From the NCBI RefSeq assembly GCF_006345805.1, contig NC_043005.1, positions 18,290,001 through 18,354,000 on the forward strand: DNA of 64,000 nucleotides. The letters run 5' to 3'. Under the pieces are notes generated by a model. The model had not been told where the DNA came from and searched no databases. It saw nothing but the letters and a program-made list of their open reading frames with translations. The first letter of the stretch is position 1. Each line of letters starts with the position of its first letter. The DNA comes from Octopus sinensis (taxonomy: Eukaryota). Both the position numbers and the translations under genes were made by a program. Positions 37,930 to 50,535 of this stretch are shown piece after piece.

Positions 37930-39005
37930 ATAAATATTAGGGAATGAATCCAAAATTACAGGGAAAAATCAGATTTAGGGTTAAATCCAATTTTATAGTA
38001 AAGACTTAATCAATACATAAAATTTTAATATAAATTAAATAAACCGCCACTACAATTGTTTCATGTCTGCTACCGACAATCTTCAGGTGGATTTTCGATC
38101 TAAAAATATCAATATTTTAAAATATAATTTTAAATAATTTAAAATAATAAAATAATAAAATTATCAATGAATGAATATAAAAATAAAAATATAATCTATA
38201 TATAATCTATATATAATCAATATATAATCTAAAATAATCTAAAATAAACCCTATAAACAATTGAATATAAAAACCTATTATAAAAGTTCTCATATTTAAA
38301 AATGTACAAAAATCAAAAAACAACAAGCAAAAAACAAAAAACAAAAAACAAAAAACAAAAAATAAACTATATATACACACACGTGCTCATACACTCAACA
38401 CATTATTCATACTTCCTCACACACACATACAACACTCAATTCATAAACAATATACATATACCCGCTCACACATACATATACATACACATACATACAGAAC
38501 ACGATATATACCAATATATAAACACCCACACCCATACAGATAAATAAATTACGCAAACAATCACACACAGACACATACACACATTCACACATACATAAAC
38601 ACTCAAAAGAAAACCGAACAATTCTTTGCACGTGGATATCAAACGTTTTAAAAAAATTATGAATGGAAATGAAATCCATACATACAAGTATAAATATAAC
38701 TATACAACCCCTAACACAATACACACAAATACACACACATATATACACACACCCACAAACATAACCATATACACACTCACACATACAAATACATACGTAC
38801 AAATCTCGATACAAACAAACTTTAATAAAACGACCATGATAAACGAAAACTCATATATATATTAATATATATATAAAAGAGTGTGTACACGCAGACGGGT
38901 GCAATCACAATTGTAGTGGCGGTTTATTTAATTTATATTAAAATTTTATGTATTGATTAAGTCTTTCATTGTTTGGTTTTAAAATAGTGGTTTTGTCTCG
39001 AATTA
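37927..39005. mobile_element. (TA)n-flanked element with HHR and a perfect 60-bp inverted terminal duplication
   Basis: 38000-38059 is the exact reverse complement of 38907-38966. Confidence 0.75.
38047..38090 (-). ncRNA. Minimal type I hammerhead, canonical core
   Basis: CCAC-CTGAAGA-T-TGTC-GGTAGCA-GACA-T-GAAA-CAATTG-TA-GTGG; palindromic ACAATTGT stem III, GUA site. Confidence 0.75.
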
Positions 39006-39294
39006 TATTATATATATATATATATATAGCAATTAAGGACAACTACTTAATAAGGAAAACTTAACAAGAAATTGTCAGGTAGATAGCGTAAAAACCTCAT
39101 AAGAGAAAAAATTTCGAAAATAATTATTTCTTATTGAACATATTAATTTATATATAGAGGGCATTATACATACATGCCAGGAGGCATTCTACATACACGC
39201 CATACGCTAAGAGGGACAATCAGTCATTTCTACCAAAAATATTACTAATCCCACCGAATGCAATTTTTCAAAGAAAGACATTTAAAAATATATA

Positions 39295-39340
39295 GACCTG
39301 TATCACAGTGATTTCATACTTACGTAATCATCAGCAGGCC
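39295..39340 (-). ncRNA. Type I hammerhead, array copy 1
   Basis: GGCCTG-CTGATGA-T-TAC-GTAA-GTA-T-GAAA-TCA-CTG-TGA-TA-CAGGTC. Confidence 0.78.
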
Positions 39341-39774
39341 TGAATATACCATAAATAAACAACGACCCCGCTTCGCTTAAGCCGATCAGCTAACTGATCA
39401 ACATCAACGAAGCACATGGTTGAATTTATATATACTATATCCGGATGAATGGCAAACTTTTACGAATTGCATTTCGGGAGAGGAAAAGTTTTTTCGGAAT
39501 AAAAATTTAGCAATTAAGGACAACTACTTAATAAGGAAAACTTAACAAGAAATTGTCAGGTAGATAGCGTAAAAACCTCATAAGAGAAAAAATTTCGAAA
39601 ATAATTATTTCTTATTGAACATATTAATTTATATATAGAGGGCATTATACATACATGCCAGGAGGCATTCTACATACACGCCATACGCTAAGAGGGACAA
39701 TCAGTCATTTCTACAAAAATATTACTAATCCCACCGAATGCAATTTTTCAAAGAAAGACATTTAAAAATATATA

Positions 39775-39820
39775 GACCTGTATCACAGTGATTTCATACT
39801 TACGTAATCATCAGCAGGCC
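39775..39820 (-). ncRNA. Type I hammerhead, array copy 2
   Basis: Identical to copy 1. Confidence 0.78.
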
Positions 39821-40252
39821 TGAATATACCATAAATAAACAACGACCCCGCTTCGCTTAAGCCGATCAGCTAACTGATCAACATCAACGAAGCACATGGT
39901 TGAATTTATATACTATATCCGGATGAATGGCAAACTTTTACGAATTGCATTTCGGGAGAGGAAAAGTTTTTTCGGAATAAAAATTTAGCAATTAAGGACA
40001 ACTACTTAATAAGGAAAACTTAACAAGAATTGTCAGGTAGATAGCGTAAAAACCTCATAAGAGAAAAAATTTCGAAAATAATTATTTCTTATTGAACATA
40101 TTAATTTATATATAGAGGGCATTATACATACATGCCAGGAGGCATTCTACATACACGCCATACGCTAAGAGGGACAATCAGTCATTTCTACCAAAAATAT
40201 TACTAATCCCACCGAATGCAATTTTTCAAAGAAAGACATTTAAAAATATATA

Positions 40253-40298
40253 GACCTGTATCACAATGATTTCATACTTACGTAATCATCAGCAGGCC
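40253..40298 (-). ncRNA. Type I hammerhead, array copy 3
   Basis: One change, in the stem III loop (CTG to TTG). Confidence 0.75.
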
Positions 40299-40733
40299 TG
40301 AATATACCATAAATAAACAACGACCCCGCTTCGCTTAAGCCGATCAGCTAACTGATCAACATCAACTAAGCACATGGTTGAATTTATATATACTATATCC
40401 GGATGAATGGCAAACTTTTACGAATTGCATTTCGGGAGAGGAAAAGTTTTTTCGGAATAAAAATTTAGCAATTAAGGACAACTACTTAATAAGGAAAACT
40501 TAACAAGAAATTGTCAGGTAGATAGCGTAAAAACCTCATAAGAGAAAAAATTTCGAAAATAATTATTTCTTATTGAACATATTAATTTATATATAGAGGG
40601 CATTATACATACATGCCAGGAGGCATTCTACATACACGCCATACGCTAAGAGGGACAATCAGTCATTTCTACCAAAAATATTACTAATCCCACCGAATGC
40701 AATTTTTCAAAGAAAGACATTTAAAAATATATA

Positions 40734-40779
40734 GACCTGTATCACAGTGATTTCATACTTACGTAATCATCAGCAGGCC
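40734..40779 (-). ncRNA. Type I hammerhead, array copy 4
   Basis: Identical to copy 1. Confidence 0.78.
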
Positions 40780-40824
40780 TGAATATAAGCGAAGCGGGGT
40801 CGTTGTTTATTTATGGTATATTCA

Positions 40825-40870
40825 GGCCTGCTGATGATTACGTAAGTATGAAATCACTGTGATACAGGTC
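40825..40870 (+). ncRNA. Type I hammerhead, array copy 5
   Basis: Same motif on the plus strand; predicted cut 40864/40865. Confidence 0.78.
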
Positions 40871-41305
40871 TATATATTTTAAAATGTCTTTCTTTGAAAA
40901 ATTGCATTCGGTGGGATTAGTAATATTTTTGGTAGAAATGACTGATTGTCCCTCTTAGCGTATGGCGTGTATGTAGAATGCCTCCTGGCATGTATGTATA
41001 ATGCCCTCTATATATAAATTAATATGTTCAATAAGAAATAATTATTTTCGAAATTTTTTCTCTTATGAGGTTTTTACGCTATCTACCTGACAATTTCTTG
41101 TTAAGTTTTCCTTATTAAGTAGTTGTCCTTAATTGCTAAATTTTTATTCCGAAAAAACTTTTCCTCTCCCGAAATGCAATTCGTAAAAGTTTGCCATTCA
41201 TCCGGATATAGTATATATAAATTCAACCATGTGCTTCGTTGATGTTGATCAGTTAGCTGATCGGCTTAAGCGAAGCGGGGTCGTTGTTTATTTATGGTAT
41301 ATTCA

Positions 41306-41351
41306 GGCCTGCTGATGATTACGTAAGTATGAAATCACTGTGATACAGGTC
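41306..41351 (+). ncRNA. Type I hammerhead, array copy 6
   Basis: Predicted cut 41345/41346. Confidence 0.78.
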
Positions 41352-41786
41352 TATATATTTTTAAATGTCTTTCTTTGAAAAATTGCATTCGGTGGGATTA
41401 GTAATATTTTTGGTAGAAATGACTGATTGTCCCTCTTAGCGTATGGCGTGTATGTAGAATGCCTCCTGGCATGTATGTATAATGCCCTCTATATATAAAT
41501 TAATATGTTCAATAAGAAATAATTATTTTCGAAATTTTTTCTCTTATGAGGTTTTTACGCTATCTACCTGACAATTTCTTGTTAAGTTTTCCTTATTAAG
41601 TAGTTGTCCTTAATTGCTAAATTTTTATTCCGAAAAAACTTTTCCTCTCCCGAAATGCAATTCGTAAAAGTTTGCCATTCATCCGGATATAGTATATATA
41701 AATTCAACCATGTGCTTCGTTGATGTTGATCAGTTAGCTGATCGGCTTAAGCGAAGCGGGGTCGTTGTTTATTTATGGTATATTCA

Positions 41787-41832
41787 GGCCTGCTGATGAT
41801 TACGTAAGTATGAAATCACTGTGATACAGGTC
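41787..41832 (+). ncRNA. Type I hammerhead, array copy 7
   Basis: Predicted cut 41826/41827. Confidence 0.78.
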
Positions 41833-41970
41833 TATATATTTTTAAATGTCTTTCTTTGAAAAATTGCATTCGGTGGGATTAGTAATATTTTTGGTAGAAA
41901 TGACTGATTGTCCCTCTTAGCGTATGGCGTGTATGTAGAATGCCTCCTGGCATGTATGTATAATGCCCTC

Positions 41971-42016
<46 letters not shown>

Positions 42017-42027
42017 ATATATATATA

Positions 42028-42192
42028 GGCGAAGGAGTGGCTGTGTTGCATGTAGCTTGCTTACCAGCCACAGGGTTCCTGGTTCAATCCCACTGCGTGG
42101 CACCGTGGGCAAGTGTCTTGTGCTATAGCCTCGGGCCGACCAAATCCTTGTGAGTGGATTTGGTAGACGGAAACTGAAAGAAGCCCGTCGTA

Positions 42193-42266
<74 letters not shown>

Positions 42267-42290
42267 GTGTGTGTGTGTGTGTGTGTTTGC
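42028..42290 (+). mobile_element. SINE family B, 5' half
   Basis: Head and CORE-like region ending in the internal TA/TG tract. Confidence 0.85.
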
Positions 42291-44142
42291 GTTCCTTTTT
42301 GCTTGTGCGCATTCCCTGGCTTGGAATGTCTTTTAATATTTCTTTTGATCGCCTCTTCGTGGAGACGAAAACTAATTATGAATCTAAATGCTATTTATGT
42401 ATTAATAATTCTCTCTTGAACTCTTGCAAACAGAGTGCTTCCCCCCACCATCACCACACACGAACAACTTGGTGAGTAGGTACATTATTCGAGAGATTAA
42501 TGAGGCCACCTCAGCAAGAAATACAGAAAGAGAAAGAATAAGAAAACACATGGCGAGCGAGCAGGAAAAAGAAAAAGAAAAAGCGAAAGAAAAATAGATA
42601 AGACAGCACATCTATAGGTGAGAGTATGGTGTGATCTGGAACTGCGCTAGTGATATTATGTTAATTAATCGGATGACCTCTGGAGGTCGACTTGGATGTC
42701 GACAGATGTAACAACAGCACTAACTCCAGATAGTGGACAGTACTGCCTTGTGGTTTTGTAGAGGCGTAGTGATTGATGGTGGTTGAATTATTTTCTGATC
42801 CTCTAGTCGAAAACCAATGTTTATGAAGCAATATTTGTTTTGTTGAATAGTTATGCTCTTTAGGTGAGTGTACATGTATCTGTGACGCTTGGGTATCACA
42901 AGTGAACTTTCGGAATCCAGATGTGTGTTGGTCACGTTTAATGAGAATACGGTATATTTTCTTGGAAAGATATATAGATATTTTGCATTTTTGTTCAGTT
43001 TGAGAAGACAATATTGACGAATGAATTTAGCGCAGGATAGATAGATAGTCAGAGAGTGAGGGAGAGAAAGAAAGAGAGCGGAAGAAACAGAGGAGATGAG
43101 AGAGAGGTAGACAAATGGAGAGATGGAAACGTTGAAGTCTCTGAGAGTTGAAGAATTCTGTGACCATAGAAACTAGCTCTGACCCGCTTTGTTCGAGATA
43201 ACTGAAGGGAGTTAACAGAGCCGGTGTAGCTATCGACTGTATCTTTCTTCGTGTTTGATATAATTCCCACAAAGGGTGAGGCTAAAGCTTCGTTCCTCTT
43301 CCTACCATTTCTGGTTAAAACCTAAGCAGTTTCATCAGCGTTGATTTTGCTGTTGGTACTGTTACCTTTTATTTATTGTCAGAACACAATCTTTCTATTG
43401 TTGCTATTGGTGGTGTTTATTATTTCCTTGTGAAATTATATAACAATAATTCTTTAACAGAAATCACAAATAACATATAATCATTAGGAATTACATTTGA
43501 TCATTTCTCAGTGCTTTCGGATATCACCCCCAACGAAGTTGTGCAAAGAATGGAATTACAGACTAAGCAGTAAACATCTAATAAAACCGCAGAAATTTAA
43601 TAGCTGCGAGGAGAATTCTTCGAAAGAATGGAATGAGGTAGTAATAAACATTATTTTTGATGGCATGGCAGCAGAGTTAAAAATATTTAAATATATTCCA
43701 ATAAATATTTCCTGAAAGCTTTAGCATTTTAAATTTATTTAAATGTAAGGTATTTTGTTTTTCTTCTTTTCGATTTCTTTTTTTCTTTTACAATGACACA
43801 TTGCAACAGTATCCGATAAGGTGATGGAGAAATATTATAAAGTATGAACAGAGCGTATAAATCACCATACTTTAATTGTATTAAGGAATACATTCCTAGC
43901 AAGTTGAAAAGCTGAAGAGGGTGAATGCATTTCACATCACTTACGGTACTAACGTCTTAGAGGTGTTGAATGTGAGAAAAAACAGTACGGGATGGTTATT
44001 TCTGCTCGAACACTTTTGATCATAAGTCTGTTTGATCAGAGTTGACCTGAGGTCAAATATTACGATACAAACAAAACATGATTTATCGAGAGAAATATCA
44101 GAAACATCAGTCTAAATTACAAATAATATTTATAAATCATTG

Positions 44143-44290
44143 AAGGTGGTGAGCTGGCAGAATCGTTAGCACGCCTGGCATAATGCTTAGCGGCATTTCG
44201 TACGTTTTTAAGTTCTGAGTTCAAATACCGCCGAAGTCGTCTTTACCTTTTATTCTTTCATGACTAAAATAAGCTGAATACTGGGATCAA
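44143..44290 (+). mobile_element. SINE family A, degenerate
   Basis: GGTGAGCTGGCAGAATCGTTAG...GAGTTCAAATACC. Confidence 0.7.
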
Positions 44291-45214
44291 TCCCACGAAA
44301 TTGCTGGCCTTCTGTCAAACTTCGAAGCCAACACTTATAAGTATTATACTTCTTCTTTATGGAATGAAATTCTTTTGGAATATACTTTGATTTTCATTCA
44401 TCTTGATTCATTTAACTATATTCGAGTCATAGAGTGAAGTAGATTAATCGACCAAACGCGTGTGGTCTTGTGCTAATGTAAGCAGTAATCGATTTCGTTA
44501 ACGAACCATTCTTTAAAGTTAGAAGCGCGTAAACATTTTAGGTAATTTTGAAGAGCGACATATTGCGATGGTATTTGGAAAAAAATTATAAAAAGATTTC
44601 TTAATGTTTAGAAGAGGACATAGAGCAGTAAGATCAAAGTGAACAGCATCTGCAATTACGTTTAGATTTAGTTCAAAATTCATTCCATAAAACCATTTTG
44701 TTTAAGACAGTCTTATGGAAATTTTTTTGTTTATGACAGTCCTATGAAAGTCTTTGTGAAAATAATCCAACAACACTGGTACCAGCAATGGAGAAAAAAG
44801 CAGTTCTGTTCCTTTTTTTCATACTAAACATTTGGTGAAAGGAATAAAGATTTACCTAAAGTGGATAATAATACAAATATTCTAAAATGATCAGCGTTAA
44901 ACTACTTATCACTGGCTTACTGACAAACAGGTAATTAATAAGACGAAGAGAAATGGTTCCAGTGAGCAAGCTTTTCAAGATACAGATGAACCATTGAAAA
45001 TGTACACTACCAAGGCCTAGGGAAAAGCATGAAAGCCATCGAGGCTGCTTTAATCCCGCCTTTTTGAGTTTCTCTATATGTTCTGTGTATTGTTGTAGTA
45101 AATGTACAGAAAATATCGATTTATTATATCGGTATAAGACCAACAGCTGATAGAAGTATTCCTACGTATAATAGAGTCCATCGACGTCTAGCATAATAAT
45201 TGGTAAAGATAGCC

Positions 45215-45965
45215 TACCACATAGCTGGATTAAGAAATGTCTGGAAATGTATAAAATAGCACCTACTCTGCGAAACTTTATGTCTGTAAGTATGAGATCA
45301 TAGAGAATAACACTGACTTTGAACAGAGACAATGGATCTTTCAATGCTGGTGATGTAAAAATGTCATGTGGCATTTTCCAGGGTGACTACAATCACCACT
45401 CCTCTTTTGTCTAGCCTTAATACTTCTCTCGAAATTGCTCGATGATGTACCATATAGCTATAAAATGTTTGATGAAAATATAAATCATCTCTTTTACATG
45501 TATGATTTTAAGCTATTTGCCAAAAATAACCAACAACTACAGGGCTTACTAGCAATTGTTAAACAATTTAGTGATGATATCATGATGCAATTTTGTCTCG
45601 ATACATGTGCAAAAGCTACAGAAACATCCAACTTTAATCTCGACCGAGAGAATGTCATAAAGGGGTTAGACTCAGCGGAAAGATACAAATACCCATGGGT
45701 GTTTGAAGGTGATGGAATCAGATGTTCAGTAATGAGGGAAAGAATCAGGGGAGAATGTTATCGCAGGGTAAGGGCAACACTCAGGACAGAGCTGAATGCA
45801 AGAAACAAGATCGAAGTGATCAATACATTAGCCATGACAGTCGGGACTTATAGTTTCAATATCATTAACTGGTCAATTACAGATATATGTAATCTTGACA
45901 GGAAAACACGAAAATTGTTGACAATGCATAGAGTGCACTACCCTAAGGCAGATATAGAACGAATA
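45215..45965 (+). mobile_element. R4/Dong-type LINE RT fragment
   Basis: DSLPHSWIKKCLEMY, GIFQGD, INHLFYMYDFKLFAK, CAKAT and LDRKTRKLLT...HYPKAD. Confidence 0.85.
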
Positions 45966-47530
45966 AGTTTTTGCTGATTTCTTGGAGTAGGGTTATGTTC
46001 TCTTCTCCTCTTTCCCCTACCCGCTTTTGTCACTGTGATCCATTGATCGTTCAGTTCTTCCTTCTCCACGTAATTGCAGTTGATGTTGCTGTTGCTGCTG
46101 TTGCTGTTGAGCGTAGCGGTCTTCGTCCAGTGCGAGAAGTCCGAAACGTGGTCCTTTGCTATTCGTAAGGCCCGCAGAAGAGAAAGCAGGTCAAGCCCTG
46201 ACACCGAGAGTATCGACGGATGGATGAGTGTGCATCCAGGCTCAGCGGTTGCGTAGGACAAGAAACAGGAAGAAAGAATGAGAGAAAGTTGGAGCGAAAG
46301 TGTACAACAGTGGTCGCCACCACACCCTGCCGGAACCTCGTGGAGCTTTAGGTGTTTTCGCTCAACAAACACACACAACGCCCGGTCTGGGAATTGAAAC
46401 CGCGATCCTACGACCGCGAGTCCGTTGCCCTAACCATTGGGTCATTGCGCCTCCACTAGCAGTTGATGTTGGTTTGGGAGGTAGAGCATTCAGGAGAAAC
46501 TTCCTTTACCATGGTAACCGGAGGTAGACTCCATCTTTGTCTTGCTTTGGGAGTGGGTGTGAGCGTAAGTGTGAGAGAATGTGCGGGAGTCTTGAGCACT
46601 TGTTTATGATTTGGCACTTGTGGTACTTGTAATGCTGGCTACGGTGAGATTCAGTTTTCTTTGTTTCATGGCAGGAAACCTTTAAGTGTTTTACAGATCC
46701 ACATTTATGGCATATTGGCTCTCTACCCTCTACGAACACTGACAGGTAACTGCCATCCGGGAATTCGATTACATGGTCTTGCTTGCATTACAAGGTCAGT
46801 TCCTATACCTAACCAGTTTTGCTTCGGTGATTTCTTGACCTCCAGCATTGTGACTTCGTCTTCTTCTAAACCTGCCAAGACGTCCGCCAACTAACCAGGT
46901 AATGGATATTTTTCGCGACACATTCAGCACCCTAATCTTGGCAAGACGTTGTCCGCGATAGCTGTGGATTAAGAAAAAGTTGTCATTCTCCAAAGTGATT
47001 GCGGAATTACACCTTGCTTCTTCTTCCGTCCCAAATCTCACCTCAATGGTTCCAAACTTCTTTCCTCGGGTCATGTGGGTCCTTTGTTCCCACACGCGCC
47101 TAAGGCATTTATGTACTTCGCTCTCTCGAGCATTTTCCATCCGGCGAGACTTGACTCCGATGCAACGGTATGTGACCGTGCATCATGCGATATTTTCTAT
47201 CACATCCGTTGGAGGGTTTAGAGCTATCCTTCTCCCATCTCTTTTAACAATTTTTCTAGGAAATTTTAATTCTTCTTCCTCTATGTTGAAGCCCTCCATA
47301 TTCCTCGCCGCTAACGCAAAAGAAACGTGCGATATTTGCATTTTTATGCTTTTTTCTTTCGTATTGTTGCTGCTGTTATTGTTGTTGTTGTTGTTGCTCT
47401 GCCGCTACTGTCAGTGCTACTATTGCTGCTGTCACTGCTGCTGCTGTTGCTGTTGCTGTTGTTGTTTTCTTTGTCGATACTTAAAGTTTTCAGGTTGCTT
47501 AGAGACGAAACATTTTTCGCCCTGGTGACG
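45966..47530 (-). mobile_element. L1/Tx1-type LINE 5' region and decayed ORF1 with CCHC knuckle
   Basis: CHKCGSVKHLKVSC (C-x2-C-x4-H-x4-C) and WITVTKAGRGKRRR linker; frame broken by stops. Confidence 0.65.
46310..46452 (-). mobile_element. Third tRNA-headed SINE family (C)
   Basis: GGAGGCGCAATGACCCAATGGTTAGGGC...GGTTTCAATTCCC head; degenerate relatives near 9280-9375 and 35170-35250. Confidence 0.7.
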
Positions 47531-47984
47531 TCATGAAGTTTAGTCCATTCGATGTTATTCTCATTGCTTTCCTTGTTTTTTAAAATTTCTCAAGAAACGC
47601 GTTCCATTAACGAACATTATGCTGGCATCTTCATCAGCTATCTTAAAAAAAAATGCAGAAAATTGCGAAATATTTGTTTGTGCTGAAAGCAGTTAAATTA
47701 AAAAAAATTATTTATGCGCATTCCCTGCAAAGCAGGGTGTGTTTCTACACAGAAATACTATCTACACAACCCAGCCAATCTCCGAAATGTAATGCTAACA
47801 ACAGAAATGAAAAGACGGGGCTTTAGAAGGCCGAAAATATTACAAAAAACGTTGTGATGCATGTGCTTGGTGTAACCTTATCAGTCGGGTAGTCATGGAG
47901 GGTATACTGGGCTTCGTATATTTTACCCCAGTGTTATCTTGATGGCATTCGCTACTCTCTCACTCATTAATAATAATGATGATA

Positions 47985-48680
47985 AAAATGCCTATCTACA
48001 AGAATCTACCAGGCCAACATCTTAAAGAACGGCAGTAACTCAGAATGTCGTGTATGTAAACAACTGGCTGAAACCATGCTGATCATGCTGTCTTCATATG
48101 CAGCCTTGTTGCGCCTACAGATTATCTCAACAGGCATGATAGAACAGCACTGTAAAATCACCGGGTAAATTTACCAAGACCTGGACTAGTCATATGATAA
48201 AAACCGTTGGGAACACAAACCACTTCCAGTGCTTGAAAAGGATCACATCTCAATCTTTTGGAACTTTACTGTTCAAACTGACAGATGGATAAGTGTAAAT
48301 AAGCCAGACCTTATATTCTTTTCTAGACTAGTCACAAGGTCCGAAATTTTTGTGGCGGAGGGGGCCAGTCGATTAGATCGACCCCAGTATGCAACTGATA
48401 CTTTATTTATCGACCCCGAAGGATTAAAGGCAAAGTCAACCTCGGCGGAATAGGCCAGACATTATATTGAATGATTTCAGACAAAAACCATACCTCCTCA
48501 TCGATATGACTGTCCCAATCGACATAAATGTATCTGTCAACTCCTACCAAAAACTGAGCCAAAAGAGGCTGATTGCTACTTGTCTCAGATACCAGAAAAT
48601 TTTAAAATGGAAGAAATTTAAAAAAAAACATCTCATAGGAACTGCTCATATTTTACGAAAAATATTGTTTATGTGATTCT
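47985..48680 (+). mobile_element. R4/Dong-type LINE C-terminal fragment (CCHC + restriction-like endonuclease), SINE-interrupted
   Basis: CRVCKQLAET, WEHKP..VLEKDHISIFWNFTVQTD and RPDIIL..LIDMTVP. Confidence 0.8.
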
Positions 48681-49362
48681 CAAAACATCTTAATCTGTGC
48701 ATATTGTCACAAGGGCTTTTAAAAGTATATAACAACAAACACATTTTTATTCCATCTTAAGATCATATTAGCATCTTATAAATCAAATTACTTTTGGAAC
48801 AAACGTCTAATTTACTGATGTTTTGACAGACATTCTCAAGAACAAAATAAATGGCACCCTTCTCATAACACCAACTTGAACTTCTTACTTGTTGTCTCTT
48901 GATAAGACTTGGAGACAACTTGTACAAATACAAAGCGAAAGCCAAACATATAATGTTAATGATAAAAGTAATAACAGCAATAATAATAACGTAATATAAA
49001 TAAAATGACAAATGTTTTTGTCTCTGACTTTTGGCTCAACATGTATTATAATACATCATCTTAAAATTTGATATAAAATATTTTTAATATAAACTTGAGT
49101 ATTTTTGAGGATCATCTTGCCAGTTAACACATATACAGTTATTTTAGTTCATTTTCTGTTGTAATTATAGTCTTTCCATAACACTGGTGTGATATCTTAT
49201 ATAATTTTCCCTAAATGAATTTCCTCATATAGAGAAAAGAAATAAAATCACTTGGAAAATTTGAAATTATTGGAAAGTTCACACTCACCTGATAGCTTTC
49301 TAACACTCTAACTAAGCCTGGAATAAACAACTAGTTGGTAACATTCTCAGAAAATACAGATA

Positions 49363-49755
49363 GTCGCTGAAGTGGCTGTGTGGTATGTAGCTTGCTTACC
49401 AACCACATGTTTCCGGGTTCAGTCCCACTGCGTGTCACCCTGGCCAAGGGTCTTCTACTATAGTCTCGGGCCGACCAAAGCCTTGTGAGTGAGTTTGGTA
49501 GACGGAAACTGAAAGAAACCCGTAGTATATATGTATACTTATACGTGTGTGTGTGTTTGTGTGTCTGTCTTTGTCCCCCTAACATCGCTTGACAACCGAT
49601 GCTGGCGTGTTTACGTCCCCGTAACTTAGTGGTTCGGCAAAAGAGACCGATAGAATAAGTACTCGGCTTACAAAGAATAAGTCCCGGGGTCGACTAAAGG
49701 TGGTGTTCCAGCCTGACCGCAGTCAAATGACTGAAACAATCCAAAAGAGTAAACG
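49363..49755 (+). mobile_element. SINE family B
   Basis: Matches family B. Confidence 0.85.
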
Positions 49756-50489
49756 AGCGTAGCTCTTCACAGAAAGAAAATTACTCAATGTGTCAACCAA
49801 CAATTAAACCATAAGTTATCGTCCTTTCGATGGAGAATCATGTTTCACACCCGTTTCATATTTGGTTAAGGTGAGATCAACCACTAAGTTTATGAAGGAA
49901 GAAGTTATTCTACACTGCAGAAGAGGAAGCAATCCTGACTATCAGTAAAAAAAAAAATGATTATTGTTTATTACTCGTGTACAAACATACACACGCAACT
50001 ACACACATGCAATAAGATGCACGCAGTTGAGATACGCTGCTGTCGCGCACACACAAACGCACGCTCGAGCACCAACCCATAGAATCAATAGCATCCATGC
50101 AGTTGAAGATATGCAACTGAGATAGATACATCTATATACATGCGCATGCTGATATATAGATGTATACTTGACCGTACCCAAACTTACACCCTAGCACACA
50201 CGCACATATACACTAACGAGCTGATACCATTAGCTGTCACCCACACTAGGACACGCATAGCCATCCGAAACCCACAGCTACGCACTCATGCATCTGGTAT
50301 ATATATGTATATATATAACTTATAAATAAGGGCTAAAGAAAATTATTTCAATGCCAATACGCTGATAACAGACTTTTAAATCGTCAATTTCCACATATTA
50401 TTTACTCGCTACAGAAAAAAAACACGAAGAACTGAAATCGGGGAAAGCCGGTCGATAGAATTTCTTTAAAAAGTTCGTTAAAAAGTAGT

Positions 50490-50535
<46 letters not shown>

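Larger units (their letters stand above)
39028..41981. mobile_element. Retrozyme/Penelope-like array of ~480-bp HHR-bearing units with central inversion
   Basis: Units start at 39028, 39509, 39987 and 40467; orientation flips at 40787/40788; reverse units end at 41137 and 41618 and the last is partial (to ~41981); (TA)n on both flanks. Confidence 0.9.

Noticed and set aside
39028-41981. CRISPR array or plain satellite
   Set aside because: There are no unique spacers and the DNA is eukaryotic; the ribozyme per unit and the inversion argue against a simple satellite.
50432-50457. CTGAAATCGGGGAAAGCCGGTCGAT as a hammerhead
   Set aside because: The core is incomplete and I could not form stems I or II.
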